NCBI GenBank assembly: GCA_905178155.1
Contig: CAJINV010000004.1
Span: forward strand, 7,334,548 to 7,398,547
Direction: 5' to 3'
Source of the DNA: Amoebophrya sp. A120
Lineage: Eukaryota > Protista > Dinoflagellata
Length of the DNA: 64,000 bases
Shown here one piece after another: positions 63,145-64,000 of this stretch (its first letter is position 1; the number at the start of each line of letters is the position of its first letter). The position numbers and the translations under genes are program-made. The notes beneath the pieces were generated by a model that worked only from the letters and a program-made list of their open reading frames with translations, ran no database searches and had not been told where the DNA came from.

Positions 63145-64000
63145 TCTTTCTTGATTCGTTTCGAGAGTAGAGTGCGCTCGCGGTTGTTGCTCTCCTCGAG
63201 GAAAGGAAATAAACAACCGACTGCGAAACGTCGCTTCTAAATCGCTTTTCTTTTCGTAGTACAGCACAACTTTACAATAGATATTTTCGTACACAGTGTG
63301 GTAGCTCCTCTTTAACGTCGAAACAAACTGCACTCAAACTCGATCGAACGAGCCGCGTTGCTGTTTGCAATTTTAATATTTTCGCCTATTTGCTTCTGCA
63401 CCTAAAATTTTTTTGGTGAATCAAAAACAAAATTCAGAAAGACCACTAAAGTTGTCATGATGAAAGCAGCCGACAGACAATGCCGCGCTTGCCTTGCCGA
63501 CATCGTGCTATCAAATATTCGATGCCGCATAAAAATTCGAGGACGGTCATGTTGCCAACAGTACTCCTATATAGTACTTTCTGTCGGCACGAAACGAAAC
63601 GAAGATAGCGCCACCAAATACAGTGCTTTAATACTACTTCCACCTTTTTGCGCGGTTTGTTGTGCTCTCTCTCTGACGCTCGCTAGCAGTGATCGCTTGG
63701 GCTTAAGGTCTTGGTGCGCCACCAGGTTTGCTATCACTACACTGGTCCCTGCTTCTCTCTCCTCGCTACACTGGTGTCATGGTTCTTTGCGGCTATAGAG
63801 TTACTACGTGCTAGAGCTCCTTCCTCGGCAGAAAATAATGATCTTCGACTCAGCATTTTTGCGACGATCTTCTCTGTCAGAGCTTAGGCCGAAATGGAAA
63901 TCAAAAAAATCTTCAAAAAAAACATAAATCATGTACAAAAAATCTATCTATGAAGAAGTATGAATGAAGATAAGAAGGACGGCATTCCGGGGACGTCGAG

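Overview
This is eukaryotic, gene-dense DNA. All recognisable genes (about 10) lie on the minus strand, and most are interrupted by short TAT...ATA inverted-repeat elements flanked by 5-bp direct repeats. That architecture matches the introner-invaded genomes described for the parasitic dinoflagellate Amoebophrya; the organism assignment is inference. Recognisable products are V-ATPase subunit D, an SLC35F6-like transporter, a bacterial-type SRPBCC+GyrI-like protein, an importin-beta-family (transportin-3/importin-13-like) protein, a degenerate EF-hand protein, a PDZ-like protein and very long low-complexity proteins. I delimited about 30 introner insertions in six families (A-F) with different TIRs. 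Where tested, removing the element plus one repeat copy restores the reading frame, and most have no GT-AG ends. Two things stand out. First, a GCAT(G/T/C)ACAA motif recurs in both orientations inside all six families and in decayed introns. Second, a ~9-kb intergenic array (30615-39647) carries seven same-orientation, right-truncated copies of one sequence (GGGGGAAGAAGATCAATTGGAAAACTACGTGGTCACAACTG...). These copies separate unrelated captured DNA: diverged, intron-containing copies of two neighbouring genes, a fragment of another gene, a non-LTR reverse transcriptase fragment, a hairpin-ended TIR element and a palindrome cluster. The duplication around the N at 25220 looks like an assembly artefact. 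All gene models are by-eye and approximate.
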